This document shows positions 27,448 to 36,519 of a stretch of DNA of 64,000 nt, one piece after another (the first letter of the stretch is position 1; the number at the start of each line of letters is the position of its first letter). The stretch covers positions 29,006-93,005 of the forward strand of contig PKTK01000001.1 of NCBI GenBank assembly GCA_002869165.1, read 5' to 3'. This stretch comes from Candidatus Parcubacteria bacterium (GTDB lineage Bacteria; Patescibacteriota; Patescibacteriia; Patescibacteriales; UBA12075). Both the position numbers and the translations under genes were made by a program. The notes beneath the pieces are model-generated. The model saw only the letters and a program-made list of their open reading frames with translations. It did not search any database and was not told the origin of the DNA.

Positions 27448-30111
27448 ATGAAAGATACATTATCTCGAAAAATTTATGCTCAAAAAATAGCCGATGAAAT
27501 AGTTGAAAAATATAATTCGGAAAAGAAAGCATGTGAATATGATGGATTAAATAAAACTTTACGCTATAAAAAGTGTAGAGACAATATGATTTTTGCAATT
27601 TCTGGAAAGTGGGGGGAGGGAAAGACAAGGTTATTGAATTTGATTGAAAAGCCTTTAAATGAGCAAGGTTTTAAAGTAATTTGGTTTAATCCCTGGAAAT
27701 ATTCGCAACAGGACATTACTTTAAAAAGGGCTTTTTTAAGTAAAATAAAGAAACGTCTGGATAAAAGTGTTGATTTGTCTGATTTGTATTACGACCGTAC
27801 CAAAACGACAATTAATCTAAAAAACATAGATTGGAAATTTATATTTTATTCAGTAGTTTTTGTTGTTTTATTATTGTCATTACTTCTAGTTTGTCTGATA
27901 TGGATTGGTATGCCAATGTTGAATTATACCGATGTAATTAGTTCTTTTTTTGGAAACAAAGTTTTTAATAGCCTTGTGTATGCATTACTTTTTACTATCT
28001 TTGTTCCAATATTGATGCAGATAATTGTGCAAAATAGAAGTAGCGCAAGCATTAGTACTGCAGAAGAGTTTGAAGATATATTTAATAAATTAATTAAAGG
28101 TGAAGAAAAGATAGTTTTTTTTATCGACGATTTAGATAGATGTAGTTCGAAAACATTAAAATTAATACTTGATTCAATAAAAACATTTTTTCTCCATGAC
28201 GAATGTTCCTATATTATTACAGGGGACCATACAGTAATTGAAAAATATGCGGCAAATGAGTTACAGTTAGACGAAGATTTATCTCCGCAGAAAAAAACAC
28301 AAGAAGGAAGGAGATTTCTGAAAAAATTATTTGACATATATTGGAGAATGCCACTTCCCACACCAGCGCAGTTTAATGTTTTTATTGATGAAGAACTTAA
28401 GACGGCAGGAATTGATTGGAGCGATGCCCAAAAGAATAATTTTAAAATATTTTTAACTGATGACAATTTATTTGAACGTAATCCGAGACATGTTAAACGA
28501 TTTATTACTAAAGTTCGATTTGCTATTGAGGGTGCAAAATTAATGTTAAAAGAAATTGACCAAATAAATAATCAAGACCCTAGCATGAAGGAGAAGGTGA
28601 GCTCGTATCAAGAAATTATTTCCCATCCAGACCTATTAGCAAAGATTTTATTAATTGAGGAGTTTTTTTATCCGATATATGAAAAATTAATTTTACATCC
28701 CGAAAACTTGATACACCACGAAAAATTAATTCGTAGATGTAATTCTATTAGTGATTTCAAAATTAACAATCAGAATTTATTTAGCATTTTAAATGGCGAT
28801 AGTATTACTTCTGACCAGCAAATAAAATTAACAATTGAATTAGAAACTTATCTTAATGTCTTAAAAAGACATCCAAAATTTACAGATGAATATAATTCAA
28901 CAATATTCGAGGTTGGTAACTTTTTGTCAATTTCAGGTTCTACTGGTTTACCAAGTTCAATTGGTCCTGATGAAACAGACTTTCTCGCATTCTTAAAGAA
29001 GGGTATGGCTTTTGAGAAGTTGGGTAAATTAGTCGAAGTTGCCAAGGAAGGAAAAAAAGAAGATTTTGTTCAGAAAGCGCTAGTTTGCTTCGAGTCAAGC
29101 GAGGACGAAACAGTACGATATAATATTCTTTTAGATGTCATGGCGTTTAGTGCTAGTCATGAAGAATGGATTGCGCGCCTTGATGAATGGTGGAGTAAAA
29201 TCAAGCTTTTATCTGAAGAAAAAAAAGGCGAAATAGTCAGTTTGTTTTTTAAAATATTATTGATAAAAAATCCAACAGGGTTAAAAAAAATAACTGAAGA
29301 AATGCCAGCCTACAAAGATAAAATTTTGGAAATGTTTAATTCTAATAATTTTGTAAATTCGTTGTCAAAAGAAGCTCATAAAGTGATAAAAGAATATTTA
29401 TTAGAATCAATACAAACAGATGAGCCAAGTGACTACATATTAGCGCTGAATAAATATTTTAATCTCCACGAGGATGATGATTTGCAAAAAGCGCTTGGTG
29501 AAGCGCAAGATGATTCTTCCTGGTGCATTAAGCTATTAAAAGCATTAAATGAAAAAAAAATTGACAACGGTCGGATGTATAAGCAGATAATTAAAAATAC
29601 AAAACCATTTTTAGAAGAATTTGAAAATCTTCAATGGGTAATAGAAAATAAAGAACTATTTAAAAACAATGGTCTGCTAATTTACGCAAACGAAAAAATT
29701 ACAAATCAAACTCAACAAAACAATGAGCTATTGGAGTTAGCTCAAAAACAAGAGGAATTGGAAATGGCTGACAGTATAAAAATGAATATAAAAAATAAAA
29801 TCATTGGTAAGCTTGGTAGTGTTGATAATTTTAATGATTTTAATACAGAATTTATTAAAAATTTACTATCAAAAAATAGTAGAATCGACCTTTTAAAGAA
29901 TTATTTAATTTACTATACAGATAATAAAAAAACTACCGAACAAAGAAAGGCAATGCATGAATATTTAAATAAAAATAATAATTTATGGTTAGATATTGAC
30001 ATAACATTAATCAGGCCAGATTTAAATAAATTTAAAAAAGCAAATTTACAAAGAAATCACGAATTAATTCAAGCAAGAAAAGATGTTTTACAGTCATGGG
30101 GATTAAGTTGA
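27448..30111 (+). CDS. KAP-family P-loop NTPase (887 aa)
   Basis: Walker A GKWGEGKT, two TM helices inserted in the NTPase domain, and Walker B IVFFIDDLDRC. Confidence 0.8.
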   Translation: MKDTLSRKIYAQKIADEIVEKYNSEKKACEYDGLNKTLRYKKCRDNMIFAISGKWGEGKTRLLNLIEKPLNEQGFKVIWFNPWKYSQQDITLKRAFLSKIKKRLDKSVDLSDLYYDRTKTTINLKNIDWKFIFYSVVFVVLLLSLLLVCLIWIGMPMLNYTDVISSFFGNKVFNSLVYALLFTIFVPILMQIIVQNRSSASISTAEEFEDIFNKLIKGEEKIVFFIDDLDRCSSKTLKLILDSIKTFFLHDECSYIITGDHTVIEKYAANELQLDEDLSPQKKTQEGRRFLKKLFDIYWRMPLPTPAQFNVFIDEELKTAGIDWSDAQKNNFKIFLTDDNLFERNPRHVKRFITKVRFAIEGAKLMLKEIDQINNQDPSMKEKVSSYQEIISHPDLLAKILLIEEFFYPIYEKLILHPENLIHHEKLIRRCNSISDFKINNQNLFSILNGDSITSDQQIKLTIELETYLNVLKRHPKFTDEYNSTIFEVGNFLSISGSTGLPSSIGPDETDFLAFLKKGMAFEKLGKLVEVAKEGKKEDFVQKALVCFESSEDETVRYNILLDVMAFSASHEEWIARLDEWWSKIKLLSEEKKGEIVSLFFKILLIKNPTGLKKITEEMPAYKDKILEMFNSNNFVNSLSKEAHKVIKEYLLESIQTDEPSDYILALNKYFNLHEDDDLQKALGEAQDDSSWCIKLLKALNEKKIDNGRMYKQIIKNTKPFLEEFENLQWVIENKELFKNNGLLIYANEKITNQTQQNNELLELAQKQEELEMADSIKMNIKNKIIGKLGSVDNFNDFNTEFIKNLLSKNSRIDLLKNYLIYYTDNKKTTEQRKAMHEYLNKNNNLWLDIDITLIRPDLNKFKKANLQRNHELIQARKDVLQSWGLS

Positions 30112-30156
30112 TTAGTGCACTATTAAAAGAAAAGTTATAATTTTTAAAATATATTT

Positions 30157-30669
30157 ATGATTTTTATACCAGGTTGGTTAATCTCAATATTTACTTTTCC
30201 AGGTGTGATTATTCATGAATGGTCACATAAGAAATTTTGTGACTGGACTGGAGTCAAGGTTAACAAGGTGGTTTATTTTCGTTTTGGTAATCCTGCAGGG
30301 TATGTGCTTCATGATAAACCAACAACTTATAAACAGACATTTTATATTTCAGCTGGACCTTTGTTTTTAAATTCGGTTTTAACATTGATTTTTGGTTACT
30401 TAGCTAGTCAAACATACATTGATAGTGGTTTATATTTTATTTTTTTGTGGATAGCTATATCGGCTGGTATGCACGCATTTCCGAGTGACCATGATGGTAA
30501 GAATATTGTAACAGAGAGCAAAAACTCTTTGAAAGAAGGCGGTACTTTTATACATTATTTAGCATATCCATTTTATTGGATTCTTTGGATAGCTAATAAA
30601 TTAAGATTTTTCTGGTTTGATTTAGTTTACGCTATTATGTTGGTTTATGCAGTAGGTGGCTTGCAATAA
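30157..30669 (+). CDS. Membrane protein with an HExxH motif (DUF3267-like putative zincin)
   Basis: IIHEWSHKKF followed by several TM helices. Confidence 0.45.
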   Translation: MIFIPGWLISIFTFPGVIIHEWSHKKFCDWTGVKVNKVVYFRFGNPAGYVLHDKPTTYKQTFYISAGPLFLNSVLTLIFGYLASQTYIDSGLYFIFLWIAISAGMHAFPSDHDGKNIVTESKNSLKEGGTFIHYLAYPFYWILWIANKLRFFWFDLVYAIMLVYAVGGLQ

Positions 30670-30682
30670 TATTTTATTTTTT

Positions 30683-31405
30683 ATGTCTAGAAGAAAAGGC
30701 AAAGAATTAGAAGATTTACTAAGTGGACTGGGAGGCCTAGCCTTCCTTGGCTTGTTTGGTTTATGGTTCACAAATCGTAGTAAGTTTTATATTTACATAT
30801 CCGTGATTGTTGTGGTAATTATTATTGCTATTGTTGTAATAATTAAAATCAAGAAGCATAGGTTTGATAATATTGGTAGTTGGCACTCAGGCAAGGGGTT
30901 AATAAAGGAGCTACAATCAATGCACCCGAATGACTTTGAAGAGTATATCGCTGATTTATACAGAAGACTTGGCTACACCACTGAAGTAGTGGGAGGTTCA
31001 CATGATGGTGGAATCGATGTCATTGTCACCAAGGACGGAATTAAACATTATATTCAGTGTAAGAAATATATTTCTTCAAAGGTAGGAGTGAGTGAGGTCA
31101 GAGATTTCTATGGAGCTATGGCAGGGAAGTTGTCGAGTGGAAAAGGTATTTTTATAACTACCAACATATTTACAACAGAGGCAGAACAATTTGCCAGTGA
31201 TAAGCCAATTGAGTTGATTGATGGAGATAGGCTATTAAGACTGATTAAGCAAACCAAGAAAGATAAAGAAGAAATAGTTGTTAAAGATGATGATAAGTGT
31301 CTAAAGTGTGGCGGTAACTTGATTGAGAAGAGTGGTAAGTATGGAAAGTTTTTGGGATGTTCAAACTACCCTAAGTGCAGGTTTACTAAAAACATTAGTA
31401 TTTAG
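30683..31405 (+). CDS. Membrane-anchored Mrr-type restriction endonuclease domain protein with a C-terminal topoisomerase-type zinc ribbon
   Basis: FEEYIADLYRRLGY...HDGGIDVIV...IQCKKY (Mrr_cat-like) and CLKCGGNL...GCSNYPKCRF. Start taken at MSRRKGK. Confidence 0.75.
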   Translation: MSRRKGKELEDLLSGLGGLAFLGLFGLWFTNRSKFYIYISVIVVVIIIAIVVIIKIKKHRFDNIGSWHSGKGLIKELQSMHPNDFEEYIADLYRRLGYTTEVVGGSHDGGIDVIVTKDGIKHYIQCKKYISSKVGVSEVRDFYGAMAGKLSSGKGIFITTNIFTTEAEQFASDKPIELIDGDRLLRLIKQTKKDKEEIVVKDDDKCLKCGGNLIEKSGKYGKFLGCSNYPKCRFTKNISI

Positions 31406-31426
31406 AAATATTTTATATAAATAAAC

Positions 31427-31930
31427 ATGAGTGATAAAATAAAAATAATCAAATGCCGTGATGTACACGGCAAAGAGAGCGAATTGCCAATAAGCAAATT
31501 TAAGTTTCGCCCCTCTGTCTATGGGGTGTTGATTGAGGGTGATAAAATTCTTCTATCACGTCAATGGGATGGTTATGATTTTCCTGGAGGTGGGATTGAG
31601 ATTGACGAGACTATTGAAGAGGCTCTCAAGAGAGAGTTTGTGGAAGAAACCGGCATTCAAGTTGAGCCAATAATGCCTATCCACACAGAGACAGATTTTT
31701 TTAATCCCGATTATACCGATAAGTACAAAGGACAATATTGGAATTGTATAATGATTTATTATCTGGTGAAAAAAGTCGGCGGTGAACTGACAAAAGATAA
31801 TTTGTGTGATACTGAGCAAGAGTATGCTGATATGCCCGAGTGGATTGATATTAGTAAAATAGAGAAACTAAAATTTTTTAATTCAGTTGATAGTGCAGCT
31901 GTTATTAAAAAGGCAAGCAGTTTATTATAA
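31427..31930 (+). CDS. Nudix hydrolase
   Basis: Nudix box GGGIEIDETIEEALKREFVEETGI. Confidence 0.85.
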   Translation: MSDKIKIIKCRDVHGKESELPISKFKFRPSVYGVLIEGDKILLSRQWDGYDFPGGGIEIDETIEEALKREFVEETGIQVEPIMPIHTETDFFNPDYTDKYKGQYWNCIMIYYLVKKVGGELTKDNLCDTEQEYADMPEWIDISKIEKLKFFNSVDSAAVIKKASSLL

Positions 31931-31952
31931 AAAATAGAGAACAAGAATACAT

Positions 31953-31980
31953 AAATACGGTTTTTTGCCGTATTTATTTT
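31953..31980 (+). terminator. Intrinsic terminator
   Basis: aaatacgg / ccgtattt stem with a T-rich tail. Confidence 0.65.
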
Positions 31981-31991
31981 ATTTTATAAAT

Positions 31992-32020
31992 TTGACTTTT
32001 ATCAATTATCATGTTATATT
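31992..32020 (+). promoter_or_regulatory. Promoter of the kinase-dehydrogenase-aminotransferase-Nudix operon
   Basis: TTGACT, 17-nt spacer, TATATT, about 70 nt upstream of 32089. Confidence 0.5.
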
Positions 32021-32088
32021 TCAATGTTCTTTGAAAATTTATTCATTACTGAAATTTTAGTAAAAACCTTATAAATGGAGGCAATATC

Positions 32089-32748
32089 ATGAGTGGATTA
32101 TTGATAGTATTTGAAGGGCAGGATGGGGCAGGGAAATCCACTCTTTTAACTCTGACTGCTGAGCAGTTGAGTAAAGATGGATATCCCGTAGTTCTGGTGC
32201 CAGAGTTTTCTTCGAATGTATTGGGAGAATACTTTAAGAAAATTTTGGAAGAAAATAAATTCTTGCGACTTAATACTTTAGACCCGAGTGCATTCACGGA
32301 AACAATGTATGTAATATCTGATTTGTACTCTCAGGATGAGTTAGAAATTCAACCTGCCATAAAAAGCGGAAAAATCGTTTTGAAAGAAAGGCACATCGAT
32401 TCTATTTTGGCTTGCCAGATACCGAAAATCATGGATGATTATTCGGGGGAAAAAGAAGATTTGCTTTTGCCTTGGCTTAACAGCGTTGCAAAGTATTTAA
32501 CTGGGCCAAGTCTGAGAATCTTTTTAGAGGTTGAAAAAGATTTGCTCCAAGAAAGAATTATTGAGCGAGGCGAATCAGTCTCTAAGAAAGACTTAATTGT
32601 TTTTGATAGACGTCAAGAGATTTATAACCAATTATTGAAAAAAGATAATAATTGGTTGCGATTGCCAAATAACAGTGATGTAAAATCGGCTATATCTTTA
32701 GTGGTTAAAGCAATTAAAAAACAATACGACATTTTGTCGGACAGATAA
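32089..32748 (+). CDS. Thymidylate-kinase-family nucleotide kinase
   Basis: IVFEGQDGAGKST P-loop, an ERH (DRY-like) motif, TMK-like length. RBS ggagg upstream. Confidence 0.75.
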   Translation: MSGLLIVFEGQDGAGKSTLLTLTAEQLSKDGYPVVLVPEFSSNVLGEYFKKILEENKFLRLNTLDPSAFTETMYVISDLYSQDELEIQPAIKSGKIVLKERHIDSILACQIPKIMDDYSGEKEDLLLPWLNSVAKYLTGPSLRIFLEVEKDLLQERIIERGESVSKKDLIVFDRRQEIYNQLLKKDNNWLRLPNNSDVKSAISLVVKAIKKQYDILSDR

Positions 32749-32758
32749 GGAGGCTATC

Positions 32759-33778
32759 ATGAAACTAAGAACTGTTATAATCGGATTAGGAAAGCAAATA
32801 GTTGAAGACCATTTGCCCGCGGCAGTAGAGAGTGAAAACTATGAAGTATTGGCAGTATGCGATACAAACCCTGAAAGAGTCAATGCTTGTTGCGAAAAAT
32901 TTCATCTCGAAGGTTTTTCGGATATTGATTCCATGCTTCAAAAGATTAAATGTGATGTTGCTATCGTTGCGGTCCCTCATAATCAGTATCTTCCTGTAAT
33001 TACTAAATTAACTGAAAAAGGAATTCACGTAATTAAAGAAAAGCCTTTTTCAACTTGTCGTGAAGAAGCCCTTATGATTCATCGGTTAGTTTCTGAAAAA
33101 AAACTTTTTCTTGGGGTAACTCTTCAAAGAAGATTCAATCCAATTTTCCAAGCCTTTCATCAGCTCAAAAAAAGGATTGGAAAAATTTATTCGATTGAAG
33201 GTTCTTATGTTATGAACATTGCTCATCTTGATGAGGGTTGGAGAGCATCAAAAGATTTCGCTGGTGGTGGCGTTTTGATTGACATGGGATATCACTTCGT
33301 AGATTTGCTGGTTTGGTATATGGGCCTACCAACAAGTGTAACCGCCCGACTTTCCAGAGGAAATCGTATTGGGCAGAAATATGATGTTGAGGATACAGTC
33401 AATTTACTTTTTGATTACTCGACGGGTAATCATGACGAAAAGGTAGTTGGGAATTTTATTATTTCCAGAGTGTATCCGCAAAAATCCGAAAAACTCACAG
33501 TCCTGGGTTCAAAAGGTATTATCGCAATCGAAAGAGGGAAAATCCAAAGACTAGATGCCAATGGAAATGAAATTGAGACTTTGGAAAGGAAAGGTGGATG
33601 GCCTTCAGCAGCTATTGACCAACTGGACTATTTTGCTGATATTATCAAAAGTAGACAGTTTGCTGGAGTTTATGATTATCGTGAACATTTCAAACACATT
33701 GCGATAATTGATGCTGCCTATGAATCTGACAAGAAGTCCATTTCTTGCAACCCGAGTGATTTTTTAATCACAGAATAA
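32759..33778 (+). CDS. Gfo/Idh/MocA-family NAD(P)-dependent oxidoreductase
   Basis: N-terminal Rossmann VIIGLGKQ, an EKP motif (VIKEKPF), and a C-terminal alpha/beta domain. RBS aaggagg upstream. Confidence 0.85.
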   Translation: MKLRTVIIGLGKQIVEDHLPAAVESENYEVLAVCDTNPERVNACCEKFHLEGFSDIDSMLQKIKCDVAIVAVPHNQYLPVITKLTEKGIHVIKEKPFSTCREEALMIHRLVSEKKLFLGVTLQRRFNPIFQAFHQLKKRIGKIYSIEGSYVMNIAHLDEGWRASKDFAGGGVLIDMGYHFVDLLVWYMGLPTSVTARLSRGNRIGQKYDVEDTVNLLFDYSTGNHDEKVVGNFIISRVYPQKSEKLTVLGSKGIIAIERGKIQRLDANGNEIETLERKGGWPSAAIDQLDYFADIIKSRQFAGVYDYREHFKHIAIIDAAYESDKKSISCNPSDFLITE

Positions 33779-33798
33779 TTCCGACTAGGAGATACATC

Positions 33799-35058
33799 AT
33801 GAAATATAAACTTGCATTATTTGGTGGTCAAAAAACAATTTTGCCAGAAAAGGCAAGATTTAATTGGCCAGTTATTACTGACGAGGTTGAGGCTGTGGTT
33901 ATGAAACAGCTTCATGAAAGTGTTTCAATCTATAATCGTTCTGGGATATTTGAAGAATTTGAAAACAATTTCGCCGATTACCATGGCAGAAAAAAGGGAT
34001 TGCTTTTCAATTCGGGAACCAGCGCGATTTATTCAATGTTCGAGGGTATTGGGCTCGGACCAGGTGATGAGGTTATTTGTCCTACATATACTTTATTTGC
34101 AACAGTCAGTCCTATGATGATGACTGGTGCGAGGCCAGTATTTTGTGATTGTCGGGAAGATGGAAATATCAATCCTGACGAAATAGTTAAAAAAATTACA
34201 GCGAAAACAAAAGCTGTGATTGTCACTCATATGTGGGGCATTCCTTGCCAAATGGATGTCATTAGTGAAATATGTTCACAGCATAAGCTTGCCTTGCTTG
34301 AGGACTGTTCGCATGCGCATGGTGCATCATATCAGGGCAGGAAAGTTGGTACATTCGGTAGTGCTGCCGCGTGGAGTTTGCAAGGTCAAAAAATAATCTC
34401 TGGTGGTGAAGGCGGTATTATGTTAACTGATACAGACAGCATATATAATCGTGCTTTGCTTCTTGGTCATTACAACAAGAGATGTAAACAGGAGATTCCG
34501 GAGAGTTTTCAGCTCTCTGGTTTTTCTCAGACTGGTTTTGGACAGAAGTTCAGAGCGCACCCTTTGGCTATTGCTATGGCAAATCAACAATTTTCACATC
34601 TTGATGAATGGGTTTGCCAGAAGTCACAATTTGCTAAACAGTATATTGCGGAACTTGGGAGTTGCAGATTTTTAACAATGCCACAATTTCATGATTCTCA
34701 GCCGAGTTGGTATGCCTTTGTTATGCAGTATAATGAGGCCAGCGCAAATGGAGTAAAAATCGAAAAGTTTGTCGAGGCTTTGCAAGCTGAGGGTTTAAGT
34801 GAAGTGGATATGCCAGGTTCGACTTGTCCTATCCATAATCTTCCGCTTTTCGTAGCTCCTGAGCAGGTATTTCCAAGGTTGTACGAGAATAAGCAGACCA
34901 ACATCTCTGACTTCCCGATTGCTGAAAAATTTTATAATTTGGCAATCAAGATACCTGTCTGGGCATTTCCGCAAGACGCCGAAGTGGTAGTTGCATATAT
35001 CAAGGGTTTTCAAAAAGTGATAAGCGTTGTTGAAAATGAACCAAAGACGCTTACTTAA
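33799..35058 (+). CDS. DegT/DnrJ/EryC1/StrS-family PLP-dependent aminotransferase
   Basis: LLEDCSHAHGA...AWSLQGQKIISGGEGG (catalytic Lys region). Confidence 0.85.
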   Translation: MKYKLALFGGQKTILPEKARFNWPVITDEVEAVVMKQLHESVSIYNRSGIFEEFENNFADYHGRKKGLLFNSGTSAIYSMFEGIGLGPGDEVICPTYTLFATVSPMMMTGARPVFCDCREDGNINPDEIVKKITAKTKAVIVTHMWGIPCQMDVISEICSQHKLALLEDCSHAHGASYQGRKVGTFGSAAAWSLQGQKIISGGEGGIMLTDTDSIYNRALLLGHYNKRCKQEIPESFQLSGFSQTGFGQKFRAHPLAIAMANQQFSHLDEWVCQKSQFAKQYIAELGSCRFLTMPQFHDSQPSWYAFVMQYNEASANGVKIEKFVEALQAEGLSEVDMPGSTCPIHNLPLFVAPEQVFPRLYENKQTNISDFPIAEKFYNLAIKIPVWAFPQDAEVVVAYIKGFQKVISVVENEPKTLT

Positions 35059-35126
35059 TCAGGGCATAGGTTTACTTCTCCGAAAAATGATGATATATTG
35101 AGTCCAAGATAAATAAGGAGATAAAT

Positions 35127-35588
35127 ATGCCAAATAAAATAAAACCTGGCTTAGTCGAAGAGCTAAATAGAAAGCTGAAGGAAGATGGAATCCAAAAGGT
35201 AGTTGTGGGTGGTATTGTTTTTTCGGGAGAAAAAGAAGTGCTCTTGCTTGAAAGATTGCCAAACGAATTCAAAGATAGTCTAGTTGAACTTCCCAGTGGC
35301 ACTATTGAGACAGGGGAATCAATTGAAGATGCTTTGCATCGAGAGGTAAAAGAGGAAACTGGACTTGAAGTGTTGGATATTATTAAGTATGTCGGCTATT
35401 TTGACTACTTATCTTCGTCAGGGAAAAAAGTAAGACAGTTGAATTTTGTAATAAGTGTTAATTCTGACGATGTTAAAGTTAACCCCACTGAGCATGTGCG
35501 CTTTTTACGTGTTAATCCCAACAACCAAGAATTTCAATTACTAAACATTTCTAATGAAACAAAGGAGGTAATACTTAATTGTTTATAA
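35127..35588 (+). CDS. Nudix hydrolase (second copy, last gene of the operon)
   Basis: Nudix box GTIETGESIEDALHREVKEETGL. RBS aaggag upstream. Confidence 0.85.
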   Translation: MPNKIKPGLVEELNRKLKEDGIQKVVVGGIVFSGEKEVLLLERLPNEFKDSLVELPSGTIETGESIEDALHREVKEETGLEVLDIIKYVGYFDYLSSSGKKVRQLNFVISVNSDDVKVNPTEHVRFLRVNPNNQEFQLLNISNETKEVILNCL

Positions 35589-35610
35589 TTGACGGAGTTC
35601 CGTCGATGAA

Positions 35611-35642
35611 CCGCCTATCTGAAAAGATTAGGCGGTTTTTTA
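35611..35642 (+). terminator. Intrinsic terminator of the operon
   Basis: ccgccta / taggcgg stem followed by T7. Confidence 0.75.
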
Positions 35643-35677
35643 TATGCAATTTGCCGTTTTTACAGCCCCAAACACAC

Positions 35678-35818
35678 ATTTCCAGTCCAGAATCATCCGT
35701 TCAATCTGGTTCCACTCAAAATTAAGCGTGCGTGCATATTAAAAAATCTGCTGATGTCAGCAGATTTTTTGTGTTCGCGAGAGGTGGCAATGGAACACTT
35801 CTGTGTTATGATAATGAT
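35678..35818 (+). repeat. Intergenic module R1 (conserved ~65 nt, tctgctga/tcagcaga hairpin with T-run, ~45-nt conserved tail)
   Basis: Aligns with 36361-36500, sharing atttccagtc, gttcca, cgtg.gtgcatat, the hairpin, and caatggaacactt.tgtg. Confidence 0.7.
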
Positions 35819-36337
35819 ATGTTAACAAAAAAACAAAAAGAATGGATCAATCTTCTTTCAGATGATGATGAAGTTGAAATTATTCCGTACGATAAAAGAA
35901 GCAAGGAAATATTTAAAAGAGTGAAAGAAGAGATTAAAATCAATATTGGTGATGAAACAAGAGTGGAGGAGCGTGGGTCTACTAGTCTTGGTATTGCAGG
36001 ACAAAATGAGATTGATGTCTATGTTCCGATATCGCCTGATATTTTTTATTCAAAAACGCTGGTTCCAGAATTAACCAAGATATACGGTTTGCCTAAGAGC
36101 ATTCATAAAACAAGAATACGTTTTCAATTCATTGATGACGGGAAAAAGATTGATATATTTCTAATTGACGAAGAAAGTGCTGAATGGATAAATGGAGTGA
36201 AATTTGAAAACTATTTAAAAACTCATCAAGAGGCCTTGAAAGAGTATAAAAAATTAAAACACGCCTGTAATGGGCTTTCTACAAGAAAGTTTTATGAGAA
36301 AAAAGTAGCATTTATAAATGATATTTTATCTCGTTAA
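35819..36337 (+). CDS. GrpB-like nucleotidyltransferase-fold protein
   Basis: ERGSTSLGIAGQNEIDVYV and FENYLKTHQEALKEYKKLK resemble GrpB/UPF0157. The track start at 35732 runs through the hairpin, so the start is taken at MLTKKQ. Confidence 0.55.
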   Translation: MLTKKQKEWINLLSDDDEVEIIPYDKRSKEIFKRVKEEIKINIGDETRVEERGSTSLGIAGQNEIDVYVPISPDIFYSKTLVPELTKIYGLPKSIHKTRIRFQFIDDGKKIDIFLIDEESAEWINGVKFENYLKTHQEALKEYKKLKHACNGLSTRKFYEKKVAFINDILSR

Positions 36338-36360
36338 TAAAGTTTTAAATTGCAATTTGT

Positions 36361-36500
36361 ATTTCCAGTCTAATATTATTCTTTCTAAATAGTTCCAACT
36401 AAACATACTATCGTGTGCATATAAAAAAATCTGCTGACATCAGCAGATTTTTTGTGTTCGAGATAGATGACAATGGAACACTTTTGTGATAATATTTAGA
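36361..36500 (+). repeat. Intergenic module R2
   Basis: See R1. The hairpin is at 36423-36453. Confidence 0.7.
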
Positions 36501-36519
36501 TATAATATATATTTTATAT

